Shown: one piece after another, positions 32,723 through 43,992 of the stretch
Layout: the number at the start of each line of letters is the position of its first letter
Numbering within the stretch: position 1 is the first letter of the stretch
Source: Naegleria gruberi
Taxonomy: Eukaryota
Assembly (NCBI GenBank): GCA_000004985.1
Contig: GG738901.1
DNA: 64,000 bases
Direction: 5' to 3' (one strand)
Notes under the pieces: model-generated
The model's database searches: none
What the model was told of the DNA's origin: nothing
What the model saw: only the letters and a program-made list of their open reading frames with translations
Program-made: the position numbers and the translations under genes

Positions 32723-32943
32723 TTTTTATATAAAATTAGAAGTTTTGAACTTTTTTTTGTTTTCTTTTTTTTGTTTTAAAAAATACTGAGATTCAGGGTG
32801 GACTTCGTCTTTGTTGATTAACTTTATGTGTGTGTCAAGAGAATGATCCATCTTTTCATAATAGAAGGAAAACTTAATAGAGAAGATATTCTAATTAAAA
32901 AATAATGATAAGTCAGAAAGCGAAAAGAAGAAGAAACAAAAGC

Positions 32944-33023
32944 TGCAGAAGGTGGGATTTGAACCCACGAAGCTTGCGCAGTAGAACTTGAGTCTACCCC
33001 CTTTGACCACTCGGGAACCCTGC
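32944..33023 (-). tRNA. tRNA-Leu (anticodon CAA), class II with a long variable arm and no intron.
   Basis: Reverse complement reads GCAGGGTTCCCGAGTGGTCAAAGGGGGTAGACTCAAGTTCTACTGCGCAAGCTTCGTGGGTTCAAATCCCACCTTCTGCA. Anticodon stem GTAGA/TCTAC with loop CTCAAGT. T-arm GTGGGTTCAAATCCCAC. The acceptor has 2 G-U pairs and 1 mismatch, so the ends are uncertain by 1-2 nt. ORF 32824..33030 is a translation artefact of this tRNA. Confidence 0.65.
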
Positions 33024-33143
33024 TTGACATTCATTATGAAAATAGTCCATATTTATATAAGATACGTGCTAACTCGTTACCCATACATTTATTTACTTTT
33101 GTTTTAGTGATACAAGGAAAGACATGTTGTGATTAAAGTTGTT

Positions 33144-34433
33144 TTATTCTTGATTATGATCTTCTGTATGATGAGCAAGCATTGCCTCAATGAATTTATC
33201 TGGATTTCCATCACAAAGACATGAATTGAGATAGTATTCTGTTTGTTGTGCTGCACCTTTTGATCTTTCAAACATTTTAGCTTCAAAACTTGCAATTACT
33301 CCATTCCAATCTAATACTTCTGATTGAGTCTCACTTGCTATTCCATCCCTTCCATGAATTAAAAATTGAGCGAGGTCATGAGCATCTAGGAGGGCAAGAT
33401 TTGCACCTAATCCAGCAAATGGTGTCATTACGTGAGCAGCATCTCCAATAATTGTAACTCCTGGTTGAGTTTTCCAATCCCATTCAGGAGGAAGTGAATA
33501 AAGAGGTCTCTTGATGAATGAAAAGTCGTCATTACATTCAATAACTCTAATGAAATCCAATAGTGAATCATCCCAACCATTGAATAATTCTAATAATTGC
33601 TGCTTTACAACTTCAGGGCCCTTCTCAAAGTGAATAGTTTGCTCAACCAATTCTTTATCCATTCTGAGGCAATAGTAGAAACGAATATGATTTGAATTTC
33701 TCTGTGCTAACAGACCCTTGTTATTGTACAATGAAAAGAGACTTCCTTTTCCGGTCATTTCAATGACCTTTCTTGCCAAATCATCATTTCTATCTAATTG
33801 CAATTTTGATTCGATAAAGTAAACACCAGAATAGGTTGGTTTAGTTTGTGTGAAAGCGGATCTCACCTTTGACCAAGCTCCGTCACATCCAACCAATAAA
33901 TCAGTCACATGACTACTTCCATCCTTGAAGTTAATTTGGTATTGACCTTCAGAGGATTCAATCTTCTTAATACAGTCAACTGCCTTATTCCATTCTACAG
34001 TTCCAGGACTCAATGCATTGAGGAATAAATTTCTCAAATCCATTCTATCAATTTCCGGTTTGGAAAAGGCATCTTCATTCTCTGTTGTGGAATCTTGTGC
34101 AGAACCATCTTCGAAGAGAAGTTTCAAAGTGGTTGATTCGAGAATTTTAGTGGCCTCTCCTTCAACTCTTGACATTTTCAAAAACTCTTCATATAATCCA
34201 GCACCTTTAATGGCAATTTGTCCATAATCTGAGTGCATATCTAAAGAACCGCCCTGATCTCTTCCTAAAGTGATAGAATCTCTCTCAAAAACACTCACTT
34301 GAATGTTTGCTTGTTGGAGAAGGGTTGCAAGACAGAGTCCAGAAGGACCAGCACCGATAATTGTTACTTTCTTATTGAACATTGTTGTTTCTTTTTTTTG
34401 TTTGTTTGATTCCATCGATTGATGTGATTTCAA
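33144..34433 (-). CDS. FAD-dependent aromatic-ring monooxygenase of 429 aa.
   Basis: Rossmann 'VTIIGAGPSGLCLATLL'. 'DGAWSKVR'. 'GDAAHVMTPFAGLGANLALLDAHDL'. Confidence 0.85.
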   Translation of the reverse strand: MKSHQSMESNKQKKETTMFNKKVTIIGAGPSGLCLATLLQQANIQVSVFERDSITLGRDQGGSLDMHSDYGQIAIKGAGLYEEFLKMSRVEGEATKILESTTLKLLFEDGSAQDSTTENEDAFSKPEIDRMDLRNLFLNALSPGTVEWNKAVDCIKKIESSEGQYQINFKDGSSHVTDLLVGCDGAWSKVRSAFTQTKPTYSGVYFIESKLQLDRNDDLARKVIEMTGKGSLFSLYNNKGLLAQRNSNHIRFYYCLRMDKELVEQTIHFEKGPEVVKQQLLELFNGWDDSLLDFIRVIECNDDFSFIKRPLYSLPPEWDWKTQPGVTIIGDAAHVMTPFAGLGANLALLDAHDLAQFLIHGRDGIASETQSEVLDWNGVIASFEAKMFERSKGAAQQTEYYLNSCLCDGNPDKFIEAMLAHHTEDHNQE

Positions 34434-34647
34434 CTATTTATATCAAAAAGCTCACAGTTATTGAAATGTGCGTTGGTTGATTGTCTAGTGTTGTCCACTC
34501 CGCTGTGTCGTCTATAAAATTCCATCATCTTGAAAGGTCCGCTAGTTGGGTTAGCAAAAATACCGCCCAGCCAATAGATTTCAAGAATTTGGCATTCAGT
34601 CCTGGGAGTGTCTTCATCACCATGGCATAGTTTGATGAAACAGTACA

Positions 34648-37600
34648 CTACTGTTTGAGGGAGTTTTTCAATCCTTGCATGTCTATCAAATACCACAAAT
34701 CTTGTTGGTGCTTGATGAGAATATTATCTTGTTGATTGAGTTTTTGAAGGAATTTAACGTTGTGTTTCAATCGATAGGAGGCATGAGCAATCTGGTGAAC
34801 ATCTAACTCGATGGCTGCAGTTGCAATTTCCTCATCATTTTGGAGTTTATGTTCAAGGTGAGCGAAAAGTTTTGGATTTTTCTTGACTGCTTGAAGAATA
34901 AATTCTCTGTCAGTTCTTAATTGATATGAGGCATGTAATAATGACTCTGGATGTGATGTAGTAGCAGCCAAAACAATTTCCTTATCATTTCTGAGATCTT
35001 CATCAAGTGCAGTCAATGCTTCTCCTGAATTGGTGACAGCTGCCATTACAACTTGTCTGTCAATCTTTAAATCATCAGATGCTCTATTAAGAATATTCCC
35101 CTTATTCATTACTGCTTTGATAACAATTTCCTTGTCAGATTGGAAATGAGGCACAGCATCAAGTAGTTGACCGTTCTTTTCAATATTCTCCAAAATAAAA
35201 TCTCGATCCATTCTAAGTTCCTTTGATAAAAAGTAAAATGATGTACATGTTGGAATAGCTGCTGAAACTACTTGTCTATCATTTTGTAAAGGTTTTGATG
35301 CAAACTTGATAGCATCCCCTGTCTGTTTTACAGCAACAAGCACAATTTCCTTATCATTTCTAAAATCCAATGAGACATATCTCAAATTCATTCCATTCTT
35401 GCTCATGGCATTCAAAACTATCTCCTTATTGTTTCTTAAATTTTCTGGAATCCAAAAAAGATTTGCTATGTGTTTGGATATTTCTAGTATAAATCCATAA
35501 TCATTTCTCAAACGATCTGAAATATGAGGGAGACAGTCTAATGTTGGCTCTTCATTTGATTTCATAGCATGAAGTACCAATTCCTTATCATCTTTCAACT
35601 CCTCTGATGCAAGTACCAATAGATGTGAATTATTTGTAACAACATTAAACATAAATTCGAAATCACTTCTGAAAGAAACGTCACAACCAAAGATGCAATA
35701 GCCATCATTTTTGGAAGCCAATAAAACTATTTCTCTATCTCCACTAAAGTGATCCAAAACAACTCCATATTTAGCAGATAATAAAGCAAATTCTCTATCT
35801 CTGGAAAATTCATTTCTAAAGAATGAAAGACTACTAGGATGTTTTCTTAGTACTTCTTCCAAAAAATCCATATCCATTCTCCAATCAAGTTTGACCAAAA
35901 CAGGGTTATAGTTGCTTATTGCCAAAAAAGATAATGCCTTATCAGATCTGAGACGCTTAGAGGCCAATTCAATGAGTTTACCATCTCTTTTTACGCATTC
36001 GTACACTATTTCTCTGTCATCCGAGTATAGCTCTGGAATATAGTTTGGTAAATTTTTCGAATATTCTAAAACCAACTCCCTATCACGCTTCATTTCAGAG
36101 GATTCTAGTCTAAATCCATACGTTTTTACTTGTGTAAGATACAGCTTTCTATCATTCAACATTGATTCAGGAATTTCAGGATGCCCAAAATAATTAAAAG
36201 CCTCCTCCAATATTTCTCTATCATTTTGGAAAGCTATAGGAATGCAACTCACATATCCTCCACATCTAATGGCTTTTAGCACAAAATCTCTATCATTCTG
36301 GAATTTTTCATCGACTGAATTTATATTTCCACCATACTGAGATATTGCTTTGATTACAATATACTTATCATTAATCAGTTCATCAGATGTGGCATATTCT
36401 AAAATGTCTGCTCCATAGTGAAGAGCTTTTAAAACACATTCCCTGTCGTTCTTCAAATCCTCTCCTGCAAAGTATAACGAACGAGGGTTACTTTCAATTA
36501 ATTTCATTATTAAATCCTTATCATTCAACAATTCAGTATTTCGAACATAATCAATTACTGTCTGATCTATTTCCAAAAGCTCCAAACAGAATTCCTTGTC
36601 CAATAATAACTCCTCAGAAACTGTTCGCATTATAGAGAATGCAGAATAGTCAATAAGCGCAGTCTTGACAATTTCTTTGTCTTTTTTTGAGTTTTTTCCA
36701 ACCATTTCCATTGCATCAAATTCACGCATATACAAAGTAAGTAAAACTATGTCTCTATCATCCTTTAGCTCTGGTGAAATATGTTTGAAAGTGGAGCTAT
36801 TTGTTCTAATTTGTTCCATAATAAATTGTTTGTCATTTTTTAAACATTCTGGAGCGTACTGAAATAGTTCACTATTCAACTTAATAGCCATTCGCATGAA
36901 TTCTACATCATTTTTCAAATCTGAAGAAATCACTGGCTGATAATTATTTCGTTTGATAGCCTCCAATATAATCTCCTTGTCGTTTTGTAATTCTGGACAA
37001 GTAAAACTAAAACAGTTAGGATATCTTTTGATTGTTTCCAAAACAATATTTCTGTCGTTTCTAAATTGATCTGGTAAATGTTGGAATCCATATGGACATA
37101 TTTCGAGTGCTTTTTTAACAATTTCATCATCATTCCTCAATTCTTCAGAAGCAAACTCAAGTACGCTTGTTCCCTTTGCTGACACAAGTGTCATAACAAA
37201 ATCTCTGTCTTTCAAGAGATCGGGATCAACGTACTTCAGTGCATGCTCATGCTTACAGGCAGCAAGATAAACAATTTCTCTATCGGCTCGTAATTTCTCC
37301 GAAGCATACTGAATGGATTGTCCACTGCTCATCACAGCAATTTTAACCAGAGTCTTGTCATTCTTTAATTCATCAGGTATTCTACTCAAATAATCTCCAT
37401 CCTTTCGTAAATATTTACATAGAATTAATCTATTACTCTCCAATAGTGGTGGTGAAGCTCTCCTGTGCCAAATTCTACCAAAGGAAGTCATTTCTGTTTG
37501 TATCCTCTCATACAGTTCATCATTGTCATGAATAACTTTCTCCCGAGCTTCTTGGAATTGGCTCATCAAGGAAAATGATTTTATTTGTCCGTACATATCA

Positions 37601-37665
37601 ATTTCTTCATCTGTGACACAGACAACTACCACATCACTCAGTGAAATCATTTTTTTAATAAACAA
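34648..37665 (-). CDS. Large DUF4116-repeat protein of 1005 aa.
   Basis: About 18 tandem ~50-aa repeats with 'L(K/R)ND(K/R)E(I/F)VL.A(V/I)...G..L.(Y/F)AS'. A7 run before the ATG. Confidence 0.75.
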   Translation of the reverse strand: MFIKKMISLSDVVVVCVTDEEIDMYGQIKSFSLMSQFQEAREKVIHDNDELYERIQTEMTSFGRIWHRRASPPLLESNRLILCKYLRKDGDYLSRIPDELKNDKTLVKIAVMSSGQSIQYASEKLRADREIVYLAACKHEHALKYVDPDLLKDRDFVMTLVSAKGTSVLEFASEELRNDDEIVKKALEICPYGFQHLPDQFRNDRNIVLETIKRYPNCFSFTCPELQNDKEIILEAIKRNNYQPVISSDLKNDVEFMRMAIKLNSELFQYAPECLKNDKQFIMEQIRTNSSTFKHISPELKDDRDIVLLTLYMREFDAMEMVGKNSKKDKEIVKTALIDYSAFSIMRTVSEELLLDKEFCLELLEIDQTVIDYVRNTELLNDKDLIMKLIESNPRSLYFAGEDLKNDRECVLKALHYGADILEYATSDELINDKYIVIKAISQYGGNINSVDEKFQNDRDFVLKAIRCGGYVSCIPIAFQNDREILEEAFNYFGHPEIPESMLNDRKLYLTQVKTYGFRLESSEMKRDRELVLEYSKNLPNYIPELYSDDREIVYECVKRDGKLIELASKRLRSDKALSFLAISNYNPVLVKLDWRMDMDFLEEVLRKHPSSLSFFRNEFSRDREFALLSAKYGVVLDHFSGDREIVLLASKNDGYCIFGCDVSFRSDFEFMFNVVTNNSHLLVLASEELKDDKELVLHAMKSNEEPTLDCLPHISDRLRNDYGFILEISKHIANLFWIPENLRNNKEIVLNAMSKNGMNLRYVSLDFRNDKEIVLVAVKQTGDAIKFASKPLQNDRQVVSAAIPTCTSFYFLSKELRMDRDFILENIEKNGQLLDAVPHFQSDKEIVIKAVMNKGNILNRASDDLKIDRQVVMAAVTNSGEALTALDEDLRNDKEIVLAATTSHPESLLHASYQLRTDREFILQAVKKNPKLFAHLEHKLQNDEEIATAAIELDVHQIAHASYRLKHNVKFLQKLNQQDNILIKHQQDLWYLIDMQGLKNSLKQ

Positions 37666-37774
37666 TTTAATAATATTAAAATCAAATTAATAATTGATTC
37701 TAGATTATGAAATTTCCAAATAATTAAGTGGACTGTTCGGAGTTAACTAGTATAATCTTTCCATTGAAAAAAAA

Positions 37775-38548
37775 ATGGCTCGATCACTGCTTGCAATCTC
37801 GTTGATGGTCATTGTGTCCATGATTATGATGATGGACATGATGATTATTAAAACAGCCCAAGCTAAAATAATATTGGACACCAATGCTGGAAGAAACAAA
37901 TATGATAACAATCAACGTTTCAAAGAACGAACAATGCAATTGAAGCAATCTCAACTACCAATCACAAGATTCAAAGCAGTGAATAAAGATTCAAGAAATA
38001 TTGAAAGAGATTTCTTGGCCAAGTTTTACAATGCCACAGGAGGAAGATCTTGGATGAAAAACGAAGGATGGAATACTATGGGAACAAGAGATGAAACTGA
38101 CTATTGTACTTGGTATGGAGTGGAATGTGAAAGAAGTGGACACTATGTGATTGCATTGCAATTGATTAATAACAATTTGACTGGATCATTACCAACTGGA
38201 ATTGTGGATGGATTGCAAAGTTTGATGGTATTTGAGATTGCTCTTAATGGACTGAGAGGGGAAATTCCAGAAGAGTATGGGCACACAACCATAACAGATA
38301 TTGATCTCAGTTACAATCAATTTGAAGGTATTCTTCCACATGGAATTTGTAATATTATTACATGCAGTGCTCACAATAATCCACGATTGAAATGTCCAAA
38401 AGATAATTGCAATGAAAATCATTGTGTGATGGATGTTTGTAATTGTGGAAAGTATTCTATTTGTCAAAATGAAGTTGATTGTGCTGGAAAGTTGTGTTCA
38501 AAATGTGTTCCTTCATCCTATTCTCCTTACATTAAAGTTTGTAGATAA
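37775..38548 (+). CDS. Secreted LRR protein of 257 aa: LRR N-terminal cap, plant-type LRRs, Cys-rich C-terminus.
   Basis: Signal/TM 'MARSLLAISLMVIVSMIMMM'. 'DYCTWYGVECE' LRRNT-like cap. 'LINNNLTGSLPTGI', 'LNGLRGEIPEEY', 'LSYNQFEGILP'. Confidence 0.65.
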   Translation: MARSLLAISLMVIVSMIMMMDMMIIKTAQAKIILDTNAGRNKYDNNQRFKERTMQLKQSQLPITRFKAVNKDSRNIERDFLAKFYNATGGRSWMKNEGWNTMGTRDETDYCTWYGVECERSGHYVIALQLINNNLTGSLPTGIVDGLQSLMVFEIALNGLRGEIPEEYGHTTITDIDLSYNQFEGILPHGICNIITCSAHNNPRLKCPKDNCNENHCVMDVCNCGKYSICQNEVDCAGKLCSKCVPSSYSPYIKVCR

Positions 38549-38677
38549 ATCTTTATTCTATTTAAAGAAATAGAATATTCTAAGTAATATTATTATAATA
38601 CATTGGTTTTGAAGTGGGAAAGTTTGGCCATTTCCTAGATTAATGATACAATTTCATTTCTAACACTATTGAACTCT

Positions 38678-39632
38678 TTACAAGAGATGACATTTCTTCT
38701 TCTTTTCATCAGCTGAATTGTCATCAACCCAATCCTTAAACTTGTCTGGATTTCTGGCAATTCTTACAGCCGATTCAAAAACTTCCTTCACACCATATTG
38801 AGTTTTAGCACTACATTCATGATAACGATGAATCTTCCAATCCTTTCTCTTCTTTTCAGCTTCATCTTTTGTAATAGGTGGTCCATCCTTACTCTTTTGC
38901 ATTTCTGGAACTTCTCTCAAATCAACTTTTGTTCCAACTAATAGGATAGGGACCCCAGGAGCATAATGTGTAATTTCTGGAAGCCACCTCACTTGAATAT
39001 TATCAAAAGAGCTTCTGTGGACAATTGAAAAACAGAGAAGGAAAATATTTGTATCTGGATAAGAGAGAGGTCGTAAACGATCATAACTTTTTTTGTGTGA
39101 ATAAATTTCATTGGAAATTATGAGAGGACAACTTACTCTGAAATTGTGTGAGAATTATCATGTATGAATATAATATGTTGATAGATTTAAATATTTACCT
39201 TCCTAATAATATTGATTGATAATTGATGAAAATGATCAGTGATTAGAATATAAATTATATTGTAAATTACTTACTTGTCCTGCTGTATCCCATAAATCTA
39301 TTGTTTGTACTTTAGAATCAACTACCATGTTTGTGCTGTAATTATCAAAGACAGTTGGCACTAAAGATTATTGATTATCCGAAATTACAAGACGAAACAT
39401 ATCAAGATCCAATCATAATAATAATAATAACAACATTCCAACAAGATAAATTTTGTATGATGACAATAATATTCGAAATTGATGACAATAACATGATATC
39501 AATCAACTCTTTCCAATACAAAAAAAACCTACCGTAATCTTCAGGAAACTTATCCTCTACAAAACTAACCAGTAAACAAGTTTTTCCGACAGCACCATCT
39601 CCACAAACTACACATTTTACAGCCTTGTCCAT
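38678..39632 (-). CDS. Rho/Rac-family small GTPase of 199 aa with a CAAX tail. Proposed exons 39533..39632, 39275..39360, 39199..39202 (4 nt), 39137 (1 nt) and 38678..39086.
   Basis: '[16 protein letters not shown]' (G1), 'VPTVFDNYS', 'WDTAGQ' + '[12 protein letters not shown]', 'LVGTKVDLR', 'ECSAK', C-terminal 'KKKKCHLL'. The exons sum to 600 nt = 200 codons. The two micro-exons are inferred because they are the only way to recover 'GQEDYD' (see findings). Confidence 0.78.
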
Positions 39633-40343
39633 TATTTCTTCTTAAGTTTCGAATAATATTTAAACTACTATGATTTGACTGTTTCCAATACAGAGAAAAA
39701 TAAATATCGATGAGAGGGAATTTTTTTGATTCTTGAAAAAAAAAATGCCCAAGTTCTCTTTACACTGATGGACAGAAGCCTTCTTTTAAGAGAATAAACG
39801 GAAAAACACTCACGAACAAGGAACCTCCCCATCAAATAAATCAAAACAAAAAGAGCCAAGCAATATATTAATGGATGAGAGGCATCATCATTTGAAAATT
39901 AAGGATTGATTAAAAGACCATCTCATCTTTGTAAGAACCAGTTTTTGTTGTTCTTTTTTAAAGGTCATTGGTGGTTTTGATTATTGCTGCTGAAGAAGAT
40001 CCTTCATGTTGCTAAGAAAATATGTTAGTTAGCTTATTTCAACCAAAATTCGAAATCAACGCTCAATATCATAATGTGCTGCGCACGCACAAACTTACCT
40101 CAAACTTTATTGTGGGTCATCGTGCGCTCTTTCTCTCTCTTCCACACTTGGGTAGAAAACAAAAAAAAGGCTCGAAAACATCTCAGAGTTGCATCATTAC
40201 TCAAATTTTACTGTATTAAAACGTACTTTTATTGTTGCCTTTTCGTTGAATTTTAGCATTGTTTTCGCTTAATATTTTGGAAGATAATTTTGGAGGTTTT
40301 AGTAAAAACAAAACTTCATGAAAAGACTTTAAAAAAAATCAAC

Positions 40344-42569
40344 ATGACAACTCCTAGTGGTACTAACGAATTTAATCCTTTCATTTTGCAAGGAACAACA
40401 CCGTTGGGAATGAATGATAGTGTTTCCTCTCTTTTTCAGGATTTACTTGGCAACATGTTGGATATGAATAATAATTTTACATCGCCACCATCCTTTTTAT
40501 CTTCTCAACAAGCACAACAAACAATTTATAACCAACAACCAGTGGTGATAGACAATTCGGAAGTTGATGATTTTAATTTTGACGCTCCAGACGAAGGTTT
40601 GATAAATCCTAATTTACATTCCATTGCATGTTTGCAATGTAGAAAGCTACACAGAAAAGTAGGTAATATTATTACCATGTTGATTTGCTAATTTGTCAAT
40701 TAGTGTGACAAGAAATATCCTTCATGTTCTGAATGTTTGGAAAGAGGAAAGGAATGTTGCTATAGAACCCCTAAAAAGAAGGGAAGAACAAAAGGTAGTA
40801 AGAACAAACCAAAACCTACTCAACCACCTCTTCAAGAAAAGGTCAAGAAAACACTTGTAGTGGTTTCTTCTTCATCTTCTTCGTCATCTTCATCATCGTC
40901 TTCCGATTCAGACAATAATTTATCACCTCCATCACACAGTGGTTCACCACCTTTGGAGGGATATACACAACAACCAAGAACAACAACATTGGCAACAGCT
41001 AGAAAAATTGCACAACCATATGCTCTTTCAAATCAACAATTGTTAAATGAAATGCTCAAAAGGAAGACTATTGACATGTATTATGACATTATTGGTATGG
41101 GATGTAGTGTTGTTCCAAAACCAAAGATGGAAAGATTGGCATTTGAGTATCTCAATGATGATGAACCAAGTGGTGAAGACCATTTTTATGACTCTCGTTC
41201 CTACAGACTTTCATCTACAAAATCTAGTATAAGAGCTCTTCTCTTTTCAATGCAGGCATTGTGTGAACAAAGAAGAGGATTTTCTGAATCGGCCAATGCT
41301 GCATATAGGGAAGCTAAAAGAAATTTAGCTAATTCTTTTGATGATTTGGATAATCCATATATTAAATTGACATATGGTAACCTATCTTCATTTCTCGCTG
41401 GTGAGGGTGATGACGTTACATCTCAATTTTACTTGAATAATCTGAAATATGCATTGGATAAACCATCTGATAAGGCATTTAAAAGAGATATTGGAACAGC
41501 TAGCGATTTATCAGAGGATGATGACGATAAAATGATTAGGGCATTCATGATGAAATGCTCACTATGCTCGAAATATGATAACGTGGATAATTTGAATATT
41601 TGGGATAGTTTCAACACGCTGTACAACATCAAAACCCAAAAACAGCCGCCATACTCTTTAGAAAGCATTCTCAAGAATGGAATTACACCTTCGGATGTTC
41701 CCAAGTTGATGAGTCTTTCAGAACTCATCAAATCTATTTTGGAGAATTATGCTGTTCACAGCAGATTTTCCACCATTCAGTCAACACTTTCAATGTTGAT
41801 GAAGGAAATTATTTACATTTCCTCAAAAGTTACCATCTTACTCTCTGTTGGAATATATGAAGGAGAAATGTTGGAATCTCTTGCTGATCAAATTACTGTT
41901 ATCACAGAGCATGATTTGTTTGGAATGTTACCTTGCAGTTTGACACATTTCATTATAATTCCAATATCAGTTCATATCAAGATTTTCCCAAAGGTTGAAA
42001 AGATGATTTTGGAACGGCTGGATATGGGTAAAAGCCTATTGACAATTTTAGAAGAACCTTATGTGAAGAAATATTTTGAGAATATTGCAAAAGATTTAAG
42101 GGCTATGCAAATGCTCAAATTGAGATATAAGAGAATTGACAAGTATTATTCGAGAGTAATTGCTGATTTGGAGAAGATTAACAAGTGGAAATTGGAGAAA
42201 CAATTTGATTTGATTGAGAGTTTCGAGTTTGGCAAATCACCTGTAAATTCTGATCCTACAAAAAAGAACGAGCACTTTCCATTCAAATCAGCATTCCAAT
42301 CGACATTTATCAGCACCCATCCTTTTGATCCTAGTCTGAGATATGAGAGTAAAACTCCTGAGCAAGAGCAACAAGGAAAGCCTCAACCAAAATCAGGTAA
42401 AGATGTTGAGCCAGTGGGAAGTTCTCCTGTTGATTCAACCGCTACCTTCCGAGCTAACCATCAACCAATCCAATCATCTGATTTATTTGATGTTTCGAAT
42501 GACGATCTTTTCCCTTTCGAAATGGATACTGTAAATACTGATATTTTTGCTAATATTGACGAATTCTAA
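40344..42569 (+). CDS. Gal4-type Zn(II)2Cys6 binuclear-cluster transcription factor of about 726 aa. Exons 40344..40658 and 40704..42569.
   Basis: 'CLQCRKLHRK' | 45-nt intron 40659..40703 (GTAGGT..AATTAG) | 'CDKKYPSCSECLERGKECCY' gives a perfect C-x2-C-x6-C-x6-C-x2-C-x6-C cluster. Basic linker 'PKKKGRTKGSKNK'. poly-Ser tract. Confidence 0.8.
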
Positions 42570-42769
42570 TGTACATATTAAACTTTTATTCTCTAACTGG
42601 TTTATTCTTTGATTTTTCTACAATATAGCATAATAATTGAGAAATAGTCCTAGTTGAATGTATCATAGATATTCTTCAGAGTTCTATCCTTAATAGAATA
42701 AGGAATATCCAAAAATCCTCTCAAAACCTTGAGCAAGTCAATTCCCATTGTCTATTCAAAATATTGCAA

Positions 42770-43826
42770 TTAAATATTAAAATGTTTAAAACTTACCAAA
42801 CCTAGAATACCAGCAATATCTCCTAATAAACCTTCAATTGTTCCAGTAATAATTTCAACAATATTATTTTGAACGAGTGATGAATAAGCAATAGTAATAT
42901 AAACTCCATCATCATCATTACCAACAATTTCAATGTTGGTATACTTTGAATCCCACCTAGTTTCTTCCAATTTGGGATTTTCAATGGATGGTTTCAATCT
43001 CTTTGTGTAAACCTTTGTCAACATGAATACATTATCCATATCAGGCATTGCATAATTGGTTTCAGCTAATAAATCAGGATCGGTTCCTGGCTCATGGAAT
43101 GAGATTTGAAGCCCAATTCTAGCCCCTGTAACATCTTCGTCTGGTCTAGTAATTGTAAAGTAGAGTTGTATGGATCCCATATATCCAGTTTTGTGTGTTG
43201 AAAATGGGTCCGTGGTACTATTATTAATGACATAACAATTAAAATCCGATCCCAATTGATTAATTCTCTTTTCTTCAATAAGTCTACCAGTTTCATTATA
43301 GGAAACATCTGAACCATCTACGTTCATTAAGCTCATATATTTAAATTTAATATCGCAATATTCACAATCTTCACCTCCAGAATTCCAATTACAAATTGTC
43401 ATTGCTTTCAAATGTGTTTACTTCGTTAAAGCACAGTTGTCTCAACTTACTTGGAAAAGCCATTGGCAATTTTGCTACATAGGATAATGAAGTAGTTGGA
43501 TTTGCAAGTGTTTCATAGTAATTAATAGTAGAATTATAAATATACCAAATGCAAAATCCAATCATTACGACCCATCCTACCAGAGTAATAATGTGATACC
43601 ATTTTGTTGGTAATTTACAGCAGTGTTTCACCTTTTTCTTCTTCTTCTTATCCTTTTTATCCTTCTTATCCTTCTTCTTTTCTGCCTTATTCTTATCTTC
43701 TTGCATCTCGACAATCGTTTGGTCTCCCGATGATTTACCTCCACCCTGATGTGAGTGATGTTGTTTCTGTTGCTGTTCTATCAGTTCCATTGACGATGAA
43801 GGAACTGGCTGCTGTGATTGTTGCAT
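42770..43826 (-). CDS. DEG/ENaC/ASIC-superfamily two-TM channel-like protein of about 336 aa. Exons 43451..43826 and 42770..43404.
   Basis: Lys-rich N-terminus. TM1 'IITLVGWVVMIGFCIWYIY'. Post-TM1 'FP' | 46-nt intron 43405..43450 (GTAAGT..TGAAAG) | 'TMTICNWN' (compare ASIC 'FPAVTFCNLN'). TM2 region 'EGLLGDIAGILGLVS' (compare ASIC 'GLLGDIGGQMGLFIGAS'). Paralogue of 43993..45042. Confidence 0.7.
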
Positions 43827-43992
43827 TATTTTGTTATTAAGGGAAAATAAAAAGCTTTTCAAACCAAATACAAGTTCACGCCATCTTAATTGTAGATACC
43901 TGCTGCATCTAGGAGAGAAATACAACACGCGCTTTCTAACGACGCCAACGAAGTCGTATAAAAGCATACAAAACACACAAGAGAGAGAAAAA

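Noticed and set aside
32824-33030. ORF of 68 aa on the minus strand.
   Set aside because: It is a translation artefact lying exactly over the tRNA-Leu(CAA) gene.
34430-34696. 88-aa ORF overlapping the 3' end of the large DUF4116 gene in another frame. It could be an extra exon.
   Set aside because: No convincing donor/acceptor pair links it to the upstream frame, and it has no DUF4116 repeat signature. I left it unannotated.
39087-39274. A single ordinary intron between Rho exon 2 and the last exon.
   Set aside because: Joining CAA directly to TTATGATCG gives CAA TTA TGA, an immediate stop. No other GT/AG combination keeps the frame. Only the two-micro-exon model restores GQEDYD and a 600-nt CDS, so the simple model was rejected and the micro-exon model reported as a finding.
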